64,000 nt of DNA from a bacterium (lineage in GTDB: Bacteria > Bdellovibrionota_C > UBA2361 > CALJRW01), in assembly GCA_031385045.1 (NCBI GenBank), contig JANNBC010000024.1, forward strand, positions 128,001 to 192,000, given 5' to 3'. Below the pieces are notes generated by a model. The model was not told the origin of the DNA. It saw nothing but the letters and a program-made list of their open reading frames with translations, and did no database searches. How positions within the stretch are numbered: the stretch's first letter is position 1; the number at the start of each line of letters is the position of its first letter. This document shows, piece by piece, positions 17,971 through 28,316 of this stretch. Both the position numbers and the translations under genes were made by a program.

Positions 17971-19188
17971 ATGCTTACATTATATCAAACAACAATCCTA
18001 ATTCTAAGCATCATCTTATATCCTTGGCTAAAGATCAATAAAAAGACTGCGCCATTTTTGAGTCAGCGCTATGGGTATAAGTCGCTTCCAGCGGGAGAAT
18101 TTTATTGGTTTCACGGGGCATCTTTAGGGGAAATTCAGGGTCTCTTGCCCTTGATTAAATTACTTCGGAGCAAAGATCCACAGGCCCAAATCCTAGGTAC
18201 GGCAACATCAGTTAAGGGTTACCAGCAAATTTCTGAAATCGCTGACTTTGCTTCTTTATTGCCAATTGATCATCCAATTTATCTAAAAAAGTTTTTAGGT
18301 AAAGCCAGAATAAAAAAATTTATTTTTGGTGAAACTGAACTTTGGCCGACCATGTTAAGGCTCTTAAATAAACAGCAGGTTCCTTGTTATTTATTAAATG
18401 GCAGACTATCGGATTTTAATTTTAAACAATATTATTTTTTTAGAAGATTTTTTAAACCAATCTTGCAGGGTTTAAAAAAGATCTATTGTATCTCAGATCT
18501 TTATCAACAAAGGTTTATTGACTTAGGAGCCGACTCTTCTAAAGTTAAAGTCACGGGAAACTTAAAGTATGATCAGGCTGGCGCAATTATTACACCATCT
18601 CAGGCACTTGCTTATCAAGCTAAGACTTTTTCTAATCATTTACCAGTTTTAACTTTAGCCTCAATTCGTCCTGAAGAAGAAAGTTTTTTTACCCAAATTA
18701 TTAAGGATTATCAGCAAAAATTTAATATTGTTATTGTTCCCCGGCATGCTGAGAAATTTAGTTACTTTAAGGATTACTTAAATGATCAAAAGATAAGTTT
18801 TCAATTGAAATCAAAATTAACTGAGCCAACAGCAGATTGTATTGTTTTATATGATGTGATCGGAGAGTTAAATCAGATTTATTCCTTTTCTACAGTAAGT
18901 TTTATTGGTGGTAGCTTAGTTAAAGGAGTGGGTGGGCACAATCCTATGGAAGGAGCCCCATATCAAAATATTTTAATTATCGGCACTGAGTATCAAAATC
19001 AACTTGATTGTGTGACCGCCTTAGTCGCTAATCAAGCGATCTTTGTCGTAAGTGAAGCTAAGGAAATTTGTGATATTTTAGATCGCTACAAAGACTTGCA
19101 TGCTTATGGCAGTAGAGCTTTGCAAGTTTGGGAAGGGTTTCAAGGAAATAGCCAAGCGGTTTTTTGGGAGATTTTTGGTGATGCTTAA
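17971..19188 (+). CDS. waaA: Kdo transferase
   Basis: WFHGASLGE, ETELWP, NGRLS, TGNLKYD, VPRH, FIGGSLV..GGHNPME. Confidence 0.93.
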   Translation: MLTLYQTTILILSIILYPWLKINKKTAPFLSQRYGYKSLPAGEFYWFHGASLGEIQGLLPLIKLLRSKDPQAQILGTATSVKGYQQISEIADFASLLPIDHPIYLKKFLGKARIKKFIFGETELWPTMLRLLNKQQVPCYLLNGRLSDFNFKQYYFFRRFFKPILQGLKKIYCISDLYQQRFIDLGADSSKVKVTGNLKYDQAGAIITPSQALAYQAKTFSNHLPVLTLASIRPEEESFFTQIIKDYQQKFNIVIVPRHAEKFSYFKDYLNDQKISFQLKSKLTEPTADCIVLYDVIGELNQIYSFSTVSFIGGSLVKGVGGHNPMEGAPYQNILIIGTEYQNQLDCVTALVANQAIFVVSEAKEICDILDRYKDLHAYGSRALQVWEGFQGNSQAVFWEIFGDA

Positions 19189-20182
19189 AATCTTATCTTT
19201 TTTATATTTAATAATAATTAAAATTAGAAATTATGCTTTTGACATAGGACTTTTTTCTTCTTATCAGTCTAAGTTTCCAATTATTTGTGTTGGAAATGCC
19301 ACGGCTGGAGGGAATGGCAAAACGCCAGTAGTCATTAAGATTGTACAAGACTTATTGCTACTTGGTTATCGGCCAGTTGTTTTATCTCGAGGATATGGAG
19401 GAAAAATTTCTGGACCTCATTTACTTACTACTACTGATACTCCAAATGACGTTGGTGATGAACCTGTTTTAATCTTTGAGGAAACGAATTGTCCGATAGT
19501 TGTTGCTCGTAAGCGTGTGGCTGGTTGTCAGCTAATTGAAAATCTGCAACTCGGCAATATTATTGTGATGGATGATGGTTATCAGCATCGTCAATTAATA
19601 CGAGATTTAAATATTCTTTGTTTTGATATTAGTCAGCAGTCACAAATTGAGATAGTCACAAATGGCTTATTATTGCCAGCTGGAAGATTACGCGAGCCGT
19701 TACCTGATGCCTTAAGGCGTTGTCAGATGGTGATCTTAAACTCACGTAAAAATAAATTCAGTAATCTCAATCTAATTACTTTTAATAAGCTTTTTGAAAG
19801 TTTGCCAGTTTATCAAACTAAGCTAAGAAGTTCTAATTTATCACCGCTTTTACCACCCAAGGATTTAATCAATCTAGAGCTCACTCCAAGGAAAGTTATT
19901 TTACTTTCTGCTATTGCCAAACCAGAGGGGTTTTTAGAAAGTATTGAATACTTAGGTTTTCAAGTAGTGGATAAAGTTTTTTATCCCGATCACTTCCAAT
20001 TTACATTGCAAGAAATTAATAAGATTCGTAAAGAACACCCAGAACTTCCGATTCTTTGTACGGCTAAGGATGCTGTTAAAATTCGCCGATTGACTGCTAA
20101 GCTAGATAATTTCTGGGTCCTTAAGACAGAGTTGTTTTTTAAGAATGAAACTCCAGATTGGAAGAAGTTTCTTAAGTTCTAA
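19181..20182 (+). CDS. lpxK: Tetraacyldisaccharide 4'-kinase
   Basis: ICVGNATAGGNGKTP, LSRGYGG, GDEP, MDDGYQH, LPAGRLREP, YPDH, TAKDAVK. ATG 19181 overlapping the waaA stop is more likely than 19100. Confidence 0.93.
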   Translation: MLKILSFLYLIIIKIRNYAFDIGLFSSYQSKFPIICVGNATAGGNGKTPVVIKIVQDLLLLGYRPVVLSRGYGGKISGPHLLTTTDTPNDVGDEPVLIFEETNCPIVVARKRVAGCQLIENLQLGNIIVMDDGYQHRQLIRDLNILCFDISQQSQIEIVTNGLLLPAGRLREPLPDALRRCQMVILNSRKNKFSNLNLITFNKLFESLPVYQTKLRSSNLSPLLPPKDLINLELTPRKVILLSAIAKPEGFLESIEYLGFQVVDKVFYPDHFQFTLQEINKIRKEHPELPILCTAKDAVKIRRLTAKLDNFWVLKTELFFKNETPDWKKFLKF

Positions 20183-20863
20183 TTAAGCTTGCCAGCCAGC
20201 TAGATTCATTAAAGAGTTCATTTCTGATTCTAAATGTTGCAGAGCTGTGCTTATTTCTTGTTCTGTTAGATTTTTCTTTAGAATTAATGGTTTGCCAATA
20301 AAAAAAGTTCCTCTAGCAAATGGTTTAGGTAGAATCATTCGATCCCAGCTAGAAAATTGCCAGTAAGATTTTGTACCAAAGGCGATCGGAATGATTGGGG
20401 CTTGGGTGGCAATGGCTAATTGTACGACACCTTTTTTCAATTTATAAATTGGTCCACGTGGCCCATCAGGAGTAATTACTGCCGAATTACCGGAGCGGAC
20501 TAAATCAATCTGAGCAAGAAGAGCTTCCTTGCCTCCCTCGGAAGAAGAACCAGCTACTGAGTTAATTCCAAAGAATTTGACAGTACGAGCAATTAATCGG
20601 CCATCCGTATGTTTGGAAATCATCACATAAGGAATTGGTGTGTGCTTTTGTCGTAAGCCTAAAAATAACCTTGGCATGCAGAGTTGTTGGTTATGCCAAA
20701 AACTCATAATGATTGGCTTGCTATGAAAGATTTCAGCACTAGTAGTATCTAGAAATTTATATTCCCAGCGTTGGGTAGCATAGAGAAACTTAAGGAGTAG
20801 ATATCCTACAGTTGATCCCAAGATTACGGTTAAAGTTTTTTTAAATTTTTTGACCTTAGACAT
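20183..20863 (-). CDS. DUF374 lysophospholipid acyltransferase family protein (LpxJ-like lipid A late acyltransferase)
   Basis: FWH, ISKHTDG, GSSSEGG, ITPDGPRGP, SWDRMILPKPF; lipid A gene context. Confidence 0.85.
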   Translation of the reverse strand: MSKVKKFKKTLTVILGSTVGYLLLKFLYATQRWEYKFLDTTSAEIFHSKPIIMSFWHNQQLCMPRLFLGLRQKHTPIPYVMISKHTDGRLIARTVKFFGINSVAGSSSEGGKEALLAQIDLVRSGNSAVITPDGPRGPIYKLKKGVVQLAIATQAPIIPIAFGTKSYWQFSSWDRMILPKPFARGTFFIGKPLILKKNLTEQEISTALQHLESEMNSLMNLAGWQA

Positions 20864-23783
20864 AGTTTGGAGCTTCGTCCTCTTTAAATTGTAAGCTATG
20901 TAACTTTAGATAAGTTCCATCTTTCGCTAAGAGTTCTTGATGGGTTCCAGCTTCTACTATCCGGCCTTGTTCCATTACCGCGATTAGATCCGCGTTTCGT
21001 ACAGTGGATAAGCGGTGAGCAATAATAATAGCAGTTCTTCCAGCTTGTAAGACTTCGAGTGCCTTTTGCACTTCATTCTCGGAACGGTTATCAAGTGCTG
21101 CCGTTGCTTCATCTAGAATTAAGATCGGAGCATTCTTTAGAATGGCACGAGCAATCGCAATTCTTTGCTTTTCTCCACCAGAAAGTGTTGCCCCATTTTC
21201 TCCTACTATTGTTTGATAGCCATCAGGGAATTGGCTGATAAACTGATCGGCGTAGGCTGCTTTAGCAGCTTCTCGAACTTGTTCTAGGCTTGCTTCTTGG
21301 TTGCCATAGGCAATATTATTAAAAATAGTATCATTAAATAAGAAAGTTGTTTGGTTTACCATGGCGATCTGTTTTCGAAGATCGCTAAGCGCCAGGTCTC
21401 TTAAATTTACTCCGCCAATTGAAATTGAGCCAATTTCTGGATCAATAAATCTTGGTAGTAAATCCACTAAGGTGCTTTTACCAGATCCTGAAAACCCTAC
21501 TAAGGCTAGCTTTTGTCCTGCTTTAATCGAGAGATTAATTTGATCTAAAGCTGGAACATTGGCCTTAGGGTAAGAGAAAGAAACATTTTTAAATTCAATT
21601 TGATAATTATTAGGAAATGAAAGTGGTGATTCAGCTTCTTTAACTGGAGATTCCGCATCAAGAATTTCATAAATACGTTCTGCCCCTGAAAGTCCTTGTT
21701 GTAATTGGTGATAAACCTTGGAGAGTTTTTTGATTGGATCGTAAAGTAAAAAGACTGCTACTAAGAATGAAATAAATTCACCTTGGCTTCTAACGCCAGT
21801 AATTACACTATTTCCACCGTAAAGAATTACACAACAAACTGCAATAACTGCAATAATTTCATTTACTGGATTAGAAAGTGCATTATATTTTTCTGATTTT
21901 ACAAAGACATTTGTGAGCTGTTGGTTTTTAGTTTCGAACTTATTTTGCTCAAATTTTTCTTGATGGAAAAGTTTAATCACTCGATTCCCAGCAACGCTTT
22001 CTTGAACTAGGGAGCTAGCATTGCCAATTTCAGCCTGACCAGCCTTACTTAATTTTCGAATCTTTCTTCCGAAATGATAAACTGGATAGACACAAAGTGG
22101 GAGTGCAATAAATGCAACCATTGCTAGTACTGGATCTAAATAGATGGCAGCTGCAATCAAGACAATAATACGAATACTATCGCGGACAACAGAGGCGGAA
22201 GATTTTGTTAGAAATTCTCTGACTAATAAGACATCACTAGTAAAGCGAGCTAAGATACTACCACTAGAGTTAAAGGAGAAATATTCTGGCGTTAGTCGAA
22301 GTAATTGTTGGTGCATTTTATTACGCATGTCACGAACGAGATTATGTCCGATTGCTGCCATTAAATACTCTTGTAGAAAACCACTGACGGCACGAATTAA
22401 TCCAAGGCCTATTAAAATAACTGGTAAAATCCAAAGTGCCCCAGCATTTTTATCAGCAAAGACTCCATCTAAAAAATGTTTAATAATAAAGGGGAGAGCT
22501 CCGTCTGTGGCACCAAAAATTACCATGGCAACTAGTGCTATTCCAAACTCTTTTCGATAGCTATTTAAGTTTGCAAGTAAACGACCAATTAAATTTGTTT
22601 TGTTGGGTGAAGCATTAAGATCTAATTTAGATTTAATTTCTAATGAAGCTCTTTGATAAGCAGATTGTTTTGGAGATTCCTTAGCGATCAGGGCTGATTG
22701 TATTTCGCCAAAGCTTGATATTAATTGCTGACGATAAGCCTGATTATAAATCAGTTCCTTTAATTCCTCGGCAATAGCCTCAGGTTTAAAATCAGCTTGA
22801 ATAAATTCTTTAATTGTTTTTGATTTAATAATGTTAACTAAAGAAAATTCTTTTATTTTTACAAATTTTTTAACAATTAAGTCAGCAAACCAAGATGCTT
22901 GGTAGAAGCAACAAAATGGTAGCTTTAAATAAGCTGCCTCTAGATTACATGTTCCAGATTTTAGTAATCCAGCATCAACATTTTTCATTACTACGCGGGA
23001 GTCAGTTTGAGAGACTTTAATCCAATCATACTTATTTTCAATTTTTGAAAATAATTTTGGTGATTGAGAGGGAGCAATCACAAAGAGAGCTTGGAGTTCA
23101 GGTATTTTTTCCTTGGCTTTTAGTAAACATTCCATAATACTTGGTAAGTGCTTTAGGATTTCTGATTTTCTGCTCCCGGCAAGTACGGCAACTGTTGGGT
23201 AACTTGGAACCAAGGCTAAGGAGCGTAATAAGCCATTGCGATCTTTATAATGAATCCCTTGGTCGAGTTGTAATTCAGTATTGAATGGGTGGCCAACAAA
23301 AGTTGCTGCTGGGTACTTGTTTTGCAGAAAGAACTCGGTCTCAAATGGAAAGATTGTTAAAGTTTGATCGATGTAACGATGAAAGAATTTAATTCTTTTT
23401 TGTCGCCAAGCCCAAATCTTAGGAGGAATAAAATAGACAGTTTTGATATTAAAGAGTTTCGCTACACGAGCTAGTCTTAAATTAAAATCAGGATAGTCTA
23501 CAACAACTAAGAGATCAGGTTTCCACTTTTTCAAAAAAAGACAGAAGCGAAAAAAGATTGGGAAGACGCTTAAGATTTTAAAAAGATTAAAGCCATTAAT
23601 AGCACCTTTTTTTTCTGAGTTAATTACTAATTGAACACCGGCATGTTCCAAGTTTTTGCCACCCATTCCGGCAAATTCAGCATTAGGATACTGCAATTTG
23701 AGAGACTCAACCAGTTTAGCGGCATGCTGATCGCCAGAGAGTTCTCCAGCAGAGATCGCGATTCGTATATTTTGCTGATTCAT
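20856..23783 (-). CDS. lpxB-msbA: LpxB-MsbA fusion: lipid A disaccharide synthase plus lipid A ABC exporter
   Basis: N-part: SAGELSGD, DYPDFN, PKIWAWR, FPFE, FVGHP, LAGSRKSE, KSGT. C-part: TM domain, Walker A GFSGSGKST, LSGGEKQR, ILILDEATAALD, IAHRLS. Single uninterrupted frame; ATG 23783 is the likely start (track 23843). Confidence 0.88.
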   Translation of the reverse strand: MNQQNIRIAISAGELSGDQHAAKLVESLKLQYPNAEFAGMGGKNLEHAGVQLVINSEKKGAINGFNLFKILSVFPIFFRFCLFLKKWKPDLLVVVDYPDFNLRLARVAKLFNIKTVYFIPPKIWAWRQKRIKFFHRYIDQTLTIFPFETEFFLQNKYPAATFVGHPFNTELQLDQGIHYKDRNGLLRSLALVPSYPTVAVLAGSRKSEILKHLPSIMECLLKAKEKIPELQALFVIAPSQSPKLFSKIENKYDWIKVSQTDSRVVMKNVDAGLLKSGTCNLEAAYLKLPFCCFYQASWFADLIVKKFVKIKEFSLVNIIKSKTIKEFIQADFKPEAIAEELKELIYNQAYRQQLISSFGEIQSALIAKESPKQSAYQRASLEIKSKLDLNASPNKTNLIGRLLANLNSYRKEFGIALVAMVIFGATDGALPFIIKHFLDGVFADKNAGALWILPVILIGLGLIRAVSGFLQEYLMAAIGHNLVRDMRNKMHQQLLRLTPEYFSFNSSGSILARFTSDVLLVREFLTKSSASVVRDSIRIIVLIAAAIYLDPVLAMVAFIALPLCVYPVYHFGRKIRKLSKAGQAEIGNASSLVQESVAGNRVIKLFHQEKFEQNKFETKNQQLTNVFVKSEKYNALSNPVNEIIAVIAVCCVILYGGNSVITGVRSQGEFISFLVAVFLLYDPIKKLSKVYHQLQQGLSGAERIYEILDAESPVKEAESPLSFPNNYQIEFKNVSFSYPKANVPALDQINLSIKAGQKLALVGFSGSGKSTLVDLLPRFIDPEIGSISIGGVNLRDLALSDLRKQIAMVNQTTFLFNDTIFNNIAYGNQEASLEQVREAAKAAYADQFISQFPDGYQTIVGENGATLSGGEKQRIAIARAILKNAPILILDEATAALDNRSENEVQKALEVLQAGRTAIIIAHRLSTVRNADLIAVMEQGRIVEAGTHQELLAKDGTYLKLHSLQFKEDEAPNYV

Positions 23784-24107
23784 TACTTTGTGTATAGTCA
23801 AATAGTTCCTGAGGGTGGTTAGGCAGTAGTTGCTTATTACCAATTTGTAGTCCTAGTGAACTTAGTTTACACCGATTGTCATTCATTTTTAACAAAAATT
23901 AATGACAATGGGCGAGCAAAATAATGGCGCAGCCATTTTTTGCCGTAGAAAATAACACCAAACCCTCCTAAATCATACTTTGATATTTTCAAAAATGATC
24001 AGCGGAGGGTTTATATTAACAAATAAGTGTTTTTTTGCCAAAACATGACTTCACTTTAACACTTAGGCCAGGAAAGGTTATTTTCCTTAAGTTTCTTAAG
24101 ATTCATT

Positions 24108-25979
24108 ATGCATAAAAGTTATTTAATCTGTAAGTTTTTGATTGTGCCTCTGGTATCTCTACTTGTTTCCTGTAGTGGTAGAGCTGAGTCACGAGCGGTA
24201 GTTGAACCTAAGCCAATTGAGGTAGTAAAGCCGTTAGGTCCACTTAATTCTACTAAAAAGTTTTCTACTTTAAATGTTCTTCCCTATCAGTCTAGTGAAA
24301 CAGATAAATATCAAGAGATTATCCTAAAAATTCTAAATACAAAAAGTATTGAACCTGAGTCGCAGCAGAAGATACTTGCTGGGTTAAGCAAAATAGCTAG
24401 TTCATATAAAATTAACCCCATTTTTTTACTAGCGATTGCTGACGTAACATCTCATTTCAATCCAGAATTTCAAAAAGATGACCGTCTAGGATTTATTCCT
24501 CTTAGTCCAGCTAAAGCTAGCTATATCGCTAAGCTCTATCAATTATCGTTTGCTGATCCAGCAGTGCTAAAGAATATAGAGAATAATTTGGAATTGGTGG
24601 GTGGCTATTTTGGTTTTGTGGCAGAACTTTACCCCAATAATTATGAGCATTTCTTATTAGCCTATAATTGGAATGCTGAGGCCTTAAGCCTTTTTCTTAA
24701 AAACCGTAGCTCTTTACCGAAATTACACCAAGATTTTTTAAATCAAGTTACTAAGGCATATGATTCTTACTTTATCGAAAAGCCAGCTAAGATTACTTCT
24801 CCAGTAGTAGAGGAGAAGTCAGCTTCCACCAATGTTGTGCCTGTAAAAGAAGAAGTTAAGCCTATGGAGAAAGAGGCTAAACAACAGGACGCACCTTCAA
24901 CACCTGTTGCTTCCAATGATCCTATCTTGCAAATCAATTCAGAGAAGCCATTGCCGGAATATTACTTAACTACCAAAAACAAGAAAACAAATAATGAATA
25001 TTATCAATCTTTACTCAGTATTTCTTTGGCAGAAAAACTTGATTCGGCCAATCATCAACAAGTGCTAAAAGTAATTGTGGAAGAAAGTCTGAAAGCAACA
25101 ATTGATCCTGTCTTTGTTTTTAGTTTTATTAAAAATTCTAGTAACTTTGATGCTAATCAAAAAATTAATGGCAAATATGGATTGATGCAAATTGGGGAAG
25201 ATGATGCTAAATTGGCAGCACAATTAATCGGACAAAATTGGCTTGGAAAAGATTCCCTAATAAACCCAGAAGTAAATTTGTCTCTGGGGCTAGCTTATCT
25301 AAAAATTTGCCATAATATTTTTGATAATAATGCTTTTCAATCGATTGCTGGTTATCGCTGGGGAATTAAAAATTTAATCTTTGCTTTAAAAAATAAAACT
25401 GATATTCCACCACTTGTTATTCGCTATCCCCAGAAAGTCCTAGAGGATTACCAAAGGTTTAATACTAAGCCTCAAAAATTAAATGATTCCAGCACAGCTG
25501 TAGCTGAGAAACGCCAGAATATTACTTTGGAACTTAATCCAGTTCAGAAATTAGTATGTGAGAACACTAAGGATTTAGATCTTTGTACTAAGCTTACAAA
25601 TTTGATTAAAAAAGAAGCTGAGAATTACCAAGTCTCGCCAATTGGTTTAGCTAAATATGCCTTTTTGCAAAGTAAGTTTAATGTGGATTTACAGGCCGGT
25701 GGTAAGTTTGGCTTATTCCAGTGGAGTTCCGCGGAAGCTGAAAAAATCTCAGAATATGCCAAGGTGGCCTGGGCTGGACCTAAAGAACTTTTAAAGCCAG
25801 AGTATTCAGTGCGTATTGCAGCTAAATATTACAGTTATCTAGAACAAAGATTTAAAGGTAATAAAAAGTATGTTGCATTGGGATTGTTTGGAGACGTTGA
25901 GCAAATTACTAGGGCATTAAATTCTAAAGGAACTATTCCCAATGATGTTAATTCTAAAGCAACTCAGTTTCTTCAGTAA
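24108..25979 (+). CDS. Lipoprotein with three tandem SLT (lytic transglycosylase)-like domains, apparently inactive
   Basis: Lipobox LLVSC; three repeats of (I/V)xP...xSxF(N/D)...G(L/F)(M/F/I)x...P..N...Y; GLMQI in repeat 2 and AYNW in repeat 1. Confidence 0.75.
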   Translation: MHKSYLICKFLIVPLVSLLVSCSGRAESRAVVEPKPIEVVKPLGPLNSTKKFSTLNVLPYQSSETDKYQEIILKILNTKSIEPESQQKILAGLSKIASSYKINPIFLLAIADVTSHFNPEFQKDDRLGFIPLSPAKASYIAKLYQLSFADPAVLKNIENNLELVGGYFGFVAELYPNNYEHFLLAYNWNAEALSLFLKNRSSLPKLHQDFLNQVTKAYDSYFIEKPAKITSPVVEEKSASTNVVPVKEEVKPMEKEAKQQDAPSTPVASNDPILQINSEKPLPEYYLTTKNKKTNNEYYQSLLSISLAEKLDSANHQQVLKVIVEESLKATIDPVFVFSFIKNSSNFDANQKINGKYGLMQIGEDDAKLAAQLIGQNWLGKDSLINPEVNLSLGLAYLKICHNIFDNNAFQSIAGYRWGIKNLIFALKNKTDIPPLVIRYPQKVLEDYQRFNTKPQKLNDSSTAVAEKRQNITLELNPVQKLVCENTKDLDLCTKLTNLIKKEAENYQVSPIGLAKYAFLQSKFNVDLQAGGKFGLFQWSSAEAEKISEYAKVAWAGPKELLKPEYSVRIAAKYYSYLEQRFKGNKKYVALGLFGDVEQITRALNSKGTIPNDVNSKATQFLQ

Positions 25980-25981
25980 TT

Positions 25982-26416
25982 TTAGGATTTATTTAGAAAC
26001 GGTGCTAGGAATAATTCCACAGCAGACGCGGCAAGTCCTATCTCCACATTGATGTTCGCTTGACGCAAAAGTTCAATACCACGACCGTTGTTCCTAGGAT
26101 CACTATCTAAGATCGCTACAAAAATTTTCTTTGGTCGCTGTTTGATTAATCGATCTGTGCAGGCCGGTGTCCTCCCAAAAAATGAGCAAGGTTCTAAAGT
26201 TACGAATAATTCACAGTCATTTAAGTCTTGCCCACAATTATCAATCGCTACAATTTCAGCATGTCTTTTCCCCGGTTCTTCGGTATATCCAGTAGCAATG
26301 ATCTCTCTGTTAAAAGTAACTATACAGCCAACTGGTGGATTTGGTCGACACTTGGGAAGTGCCAGTTTACTAATGGCCAGTGCCTGAAGCATAATTTCTT
26401 CGATCTCCATGCTCAT
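25982..26416 (-). CDS. RibD-type pyrimidine deaminase domain (stand-alone)
   Basis: PNPPVGC, HAE, TLEPCSFFGRTPAC zinc motifs; ATG 26416 overlaps the upstream TGA (ATGA). Confidence 0.85.
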   Translation of the reverse strand: MSMEIEEIMLQALAISKLALPKCRPNPPVGCIVTFNREIIATGYTEEPGKRHAEIVAIDNCGQDLNDCELFVTLEPCSFFGRTPACTDRLIKQRPKKIFVAILDSDPRNNGRGIELLRQANINVEIGLAASAVELFLAPFLNKS

Positions 26417-27057
26417 TTTTGAAACCATAAAACATTAGTATCTCCCAGCTGTTCTTGCTTGATTTCTTTAAGATGTAGTAACTTAGTGATATTAAAACGA
26501 GGCGTGCTCTTGGCTTGAGGGCCTAGGGTAATCGGTGCAATGGCAATTCTAATAAAATTAAATAAGCCAGCAGTAATTAATTGATTGATTAAGTTAGCAC
26601 CACCTTCTACTAGTAATTTACTGATACCCTTGGTTTTTAAATCAATTAGTAGATCAGTAAGCGAGTTTGGTAGTGGGTAGACTTTAACATTTGTAATAGT
26701 AAATTCTGGATGAAACTTATTACTATAAATTAGAGTGGTGGATTCTCCAGAGAAAATCCTGGTATTCGCTGATAGTTCTCCCGATTCACTAATGATAATC
26801 CGGCTGGGGTGTGGAGATTTCCCAGCCTTTTGCCTAAGCATAACTAGTGTCAAATCTTTGATGGTTAAATTCGGATTATCCTTACGAATAGTATTGGCTC
26901 CTACCAAGATACCATCGGATTCTGCTCTTAAGCGATCGACCGCAATCAAATCTTCAGCACTTGATAGTATCAGTCGATCCTCACTATCATTATCTAGATA
27001 GCCATCTAAGCTAATTGCTAGTTTTAAAGTAATCTCTGGAAGCCCTTGATTAATCAT
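26413..27057 (-). CDS. RibD C-terminal-type pyrimidine reductase (stand-alone)
   Basis: LKLAISLDG, LRAESDGILVGANTIRKDNP, LLVEGG. Confidence 0.85.
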   Translation of the reverse strand: MINQGLPEITLKLAISLDGYLDNDSEDRLILSSAEDLIAVDRLRAESDGILVGANTIRKDNPNLTIKDLTLVMLRQKAGKSPHPSRIIISESGELSANTRIFSGESTTLIYSNKFHPEFTITNVKVYPLPNSLTDLLIDLKTKGISKLLVEGGANLINQLITAGLFNFIRIAIAPITLGPQAKSTPRFNITKLLHLKEIKQEQLGDTNVLWFQK

Positions 27058-27069
27058 TTAGTAATTAAT

Positions 27070-28284
27070 TTATTCACTAATTAGTTTTAGACTATGACCC
27101 AGTTTGTCACGTTTTGTTTTTAGATATTTAAGATTATGTTCATTTGGTTCAATTTCGATTGGAACGTTATCAACAATCTCTAGTCCGTAGCCAATAAGAC
27201 CAATCCGTTTCCGAGGGTTATTAGTTAGAAATTTAATTTTGGAGACATTAAGATCTCGTAAAATTTGAGCACCGATTCCATAGTCACGTTGATCTTTGGA
27301 GAATCCTAAAGCGAGATTAGCTTCAACTGTATCCATTCCTTCTTCTTGCAGTTGATAAGCTTTGAGCTTATTTAACAAACCAATTCCTCGACCTTCCTGA
27401 TTCATATAAAGAATGACACCCTTACCTTGTTTGTTAATCATTTCCATTGCAAAGCTGAGCTGGTCTCCACAATCACAGCGTAATGAGTGAAGGACATCAC
27501 CAGTTACACAAGAGGAGTGAACCCGCACAAGGATTGGTTCATCATGTTCCCATTCTCCTTTAGTCAGGGCTAAGTGCACATTTGTGGTGTGGTCTTCAGA
27601 ATATGCTGTTAGATTAAAGTCACCAAATTTAGTTGGTAATTTAATTTGAACTTCTTTCTTAATTAATTTTTCACGATAGAGTCGATATTCAATTAAATCT
27701 TTAATCGAAATAATTTTCAATTGATGTTGCTTAGCAATTTTTATTAGTTCCGGCAGGCGAGCCATGGTACCATCAGCATTCATAATTTCAACAAGCACTG
27801 CTGCTGGTTGTAGTCCCGCAAGTTGGGCTAGGTCTACACCAGCTTCGGTATGACCTGCTCGGCGCAAGACACCTCCTGGTTTAGCGGAAAGTGGAAAAAT
27901 ATGTCCAGGACGGGCAAAGTTATGGGCTTTAAATTTTGGGTTAGCAAGTGCTTGTACTGTTGCTGAGCGATCTGCCGCGGAAACTCCTGTCGTAATTTCT
28001 TTGCCAATCAAATCAACTGGGATTGTAAAAGGCGTCGAATAACGACTAGTGTTGTTATTAACCATCAGCTCCAAACCTAATTCCTGACAGCGAGTTTCAG
28101 GAAGTGGGGCACAAATGATTCCGCGTCCTTCTGTAGCCATAAAGTTAATAATCTCTGGTGTGGCCATTTCTGCTGCCACCACAAAGTCACCTTCATTTTC
28201 CCGTGCTTCATCATCAACAACAATTACTAATTTGCCAGCTTTGATATCAGCAATCGCCTCGGCAATGGAATTTAATTTAGACAT
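27070..28284 (-). CDS. ribBA: Bifunctional DHBP synthase / GTP cyclohydrolase II
   Basis: [54 protein letters not shown]. Confidence 0.96.
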   Translation of the reverse strand: MSKLNSIAEAIADIKAGKLVIVVDDEARENEGDFVVAAEMATPEIINFMATEGRGIICAPLPETRCQELGLELMVNNNTSRYSTPFTIPVDLIGKEITTGVSAADRSATVQALANPKFKAHNFARPGHIFPLSAKPGGVLRRAGHTEAGVDLAQLAGLQPAAVLVEIMNADGTMARLPELIKIAKQHQLKIISIKDLIEYRLYREKLIKKEVQIKLPTKFGDFNLTAYSEDHTTNVHLALTKGEWEHDEPILVRVHSSCVTGDVLHSLRCDCGDQLSFAMEMINKQGKGVILYMNQEGRGIGLLNKLKAYQLQEEGMDTVEANLALGFSKDQRDYGIGAQILRDLNVSKIKFLTNNPRKRIGLIGYGLEIVDNVPIEIEPNEHNLKYLKTKRDKLGHSLKLISE

Positions 28285-28316
28285 TTACTTATTTCTCATA
28301 AAAATTTGGTTTATTA

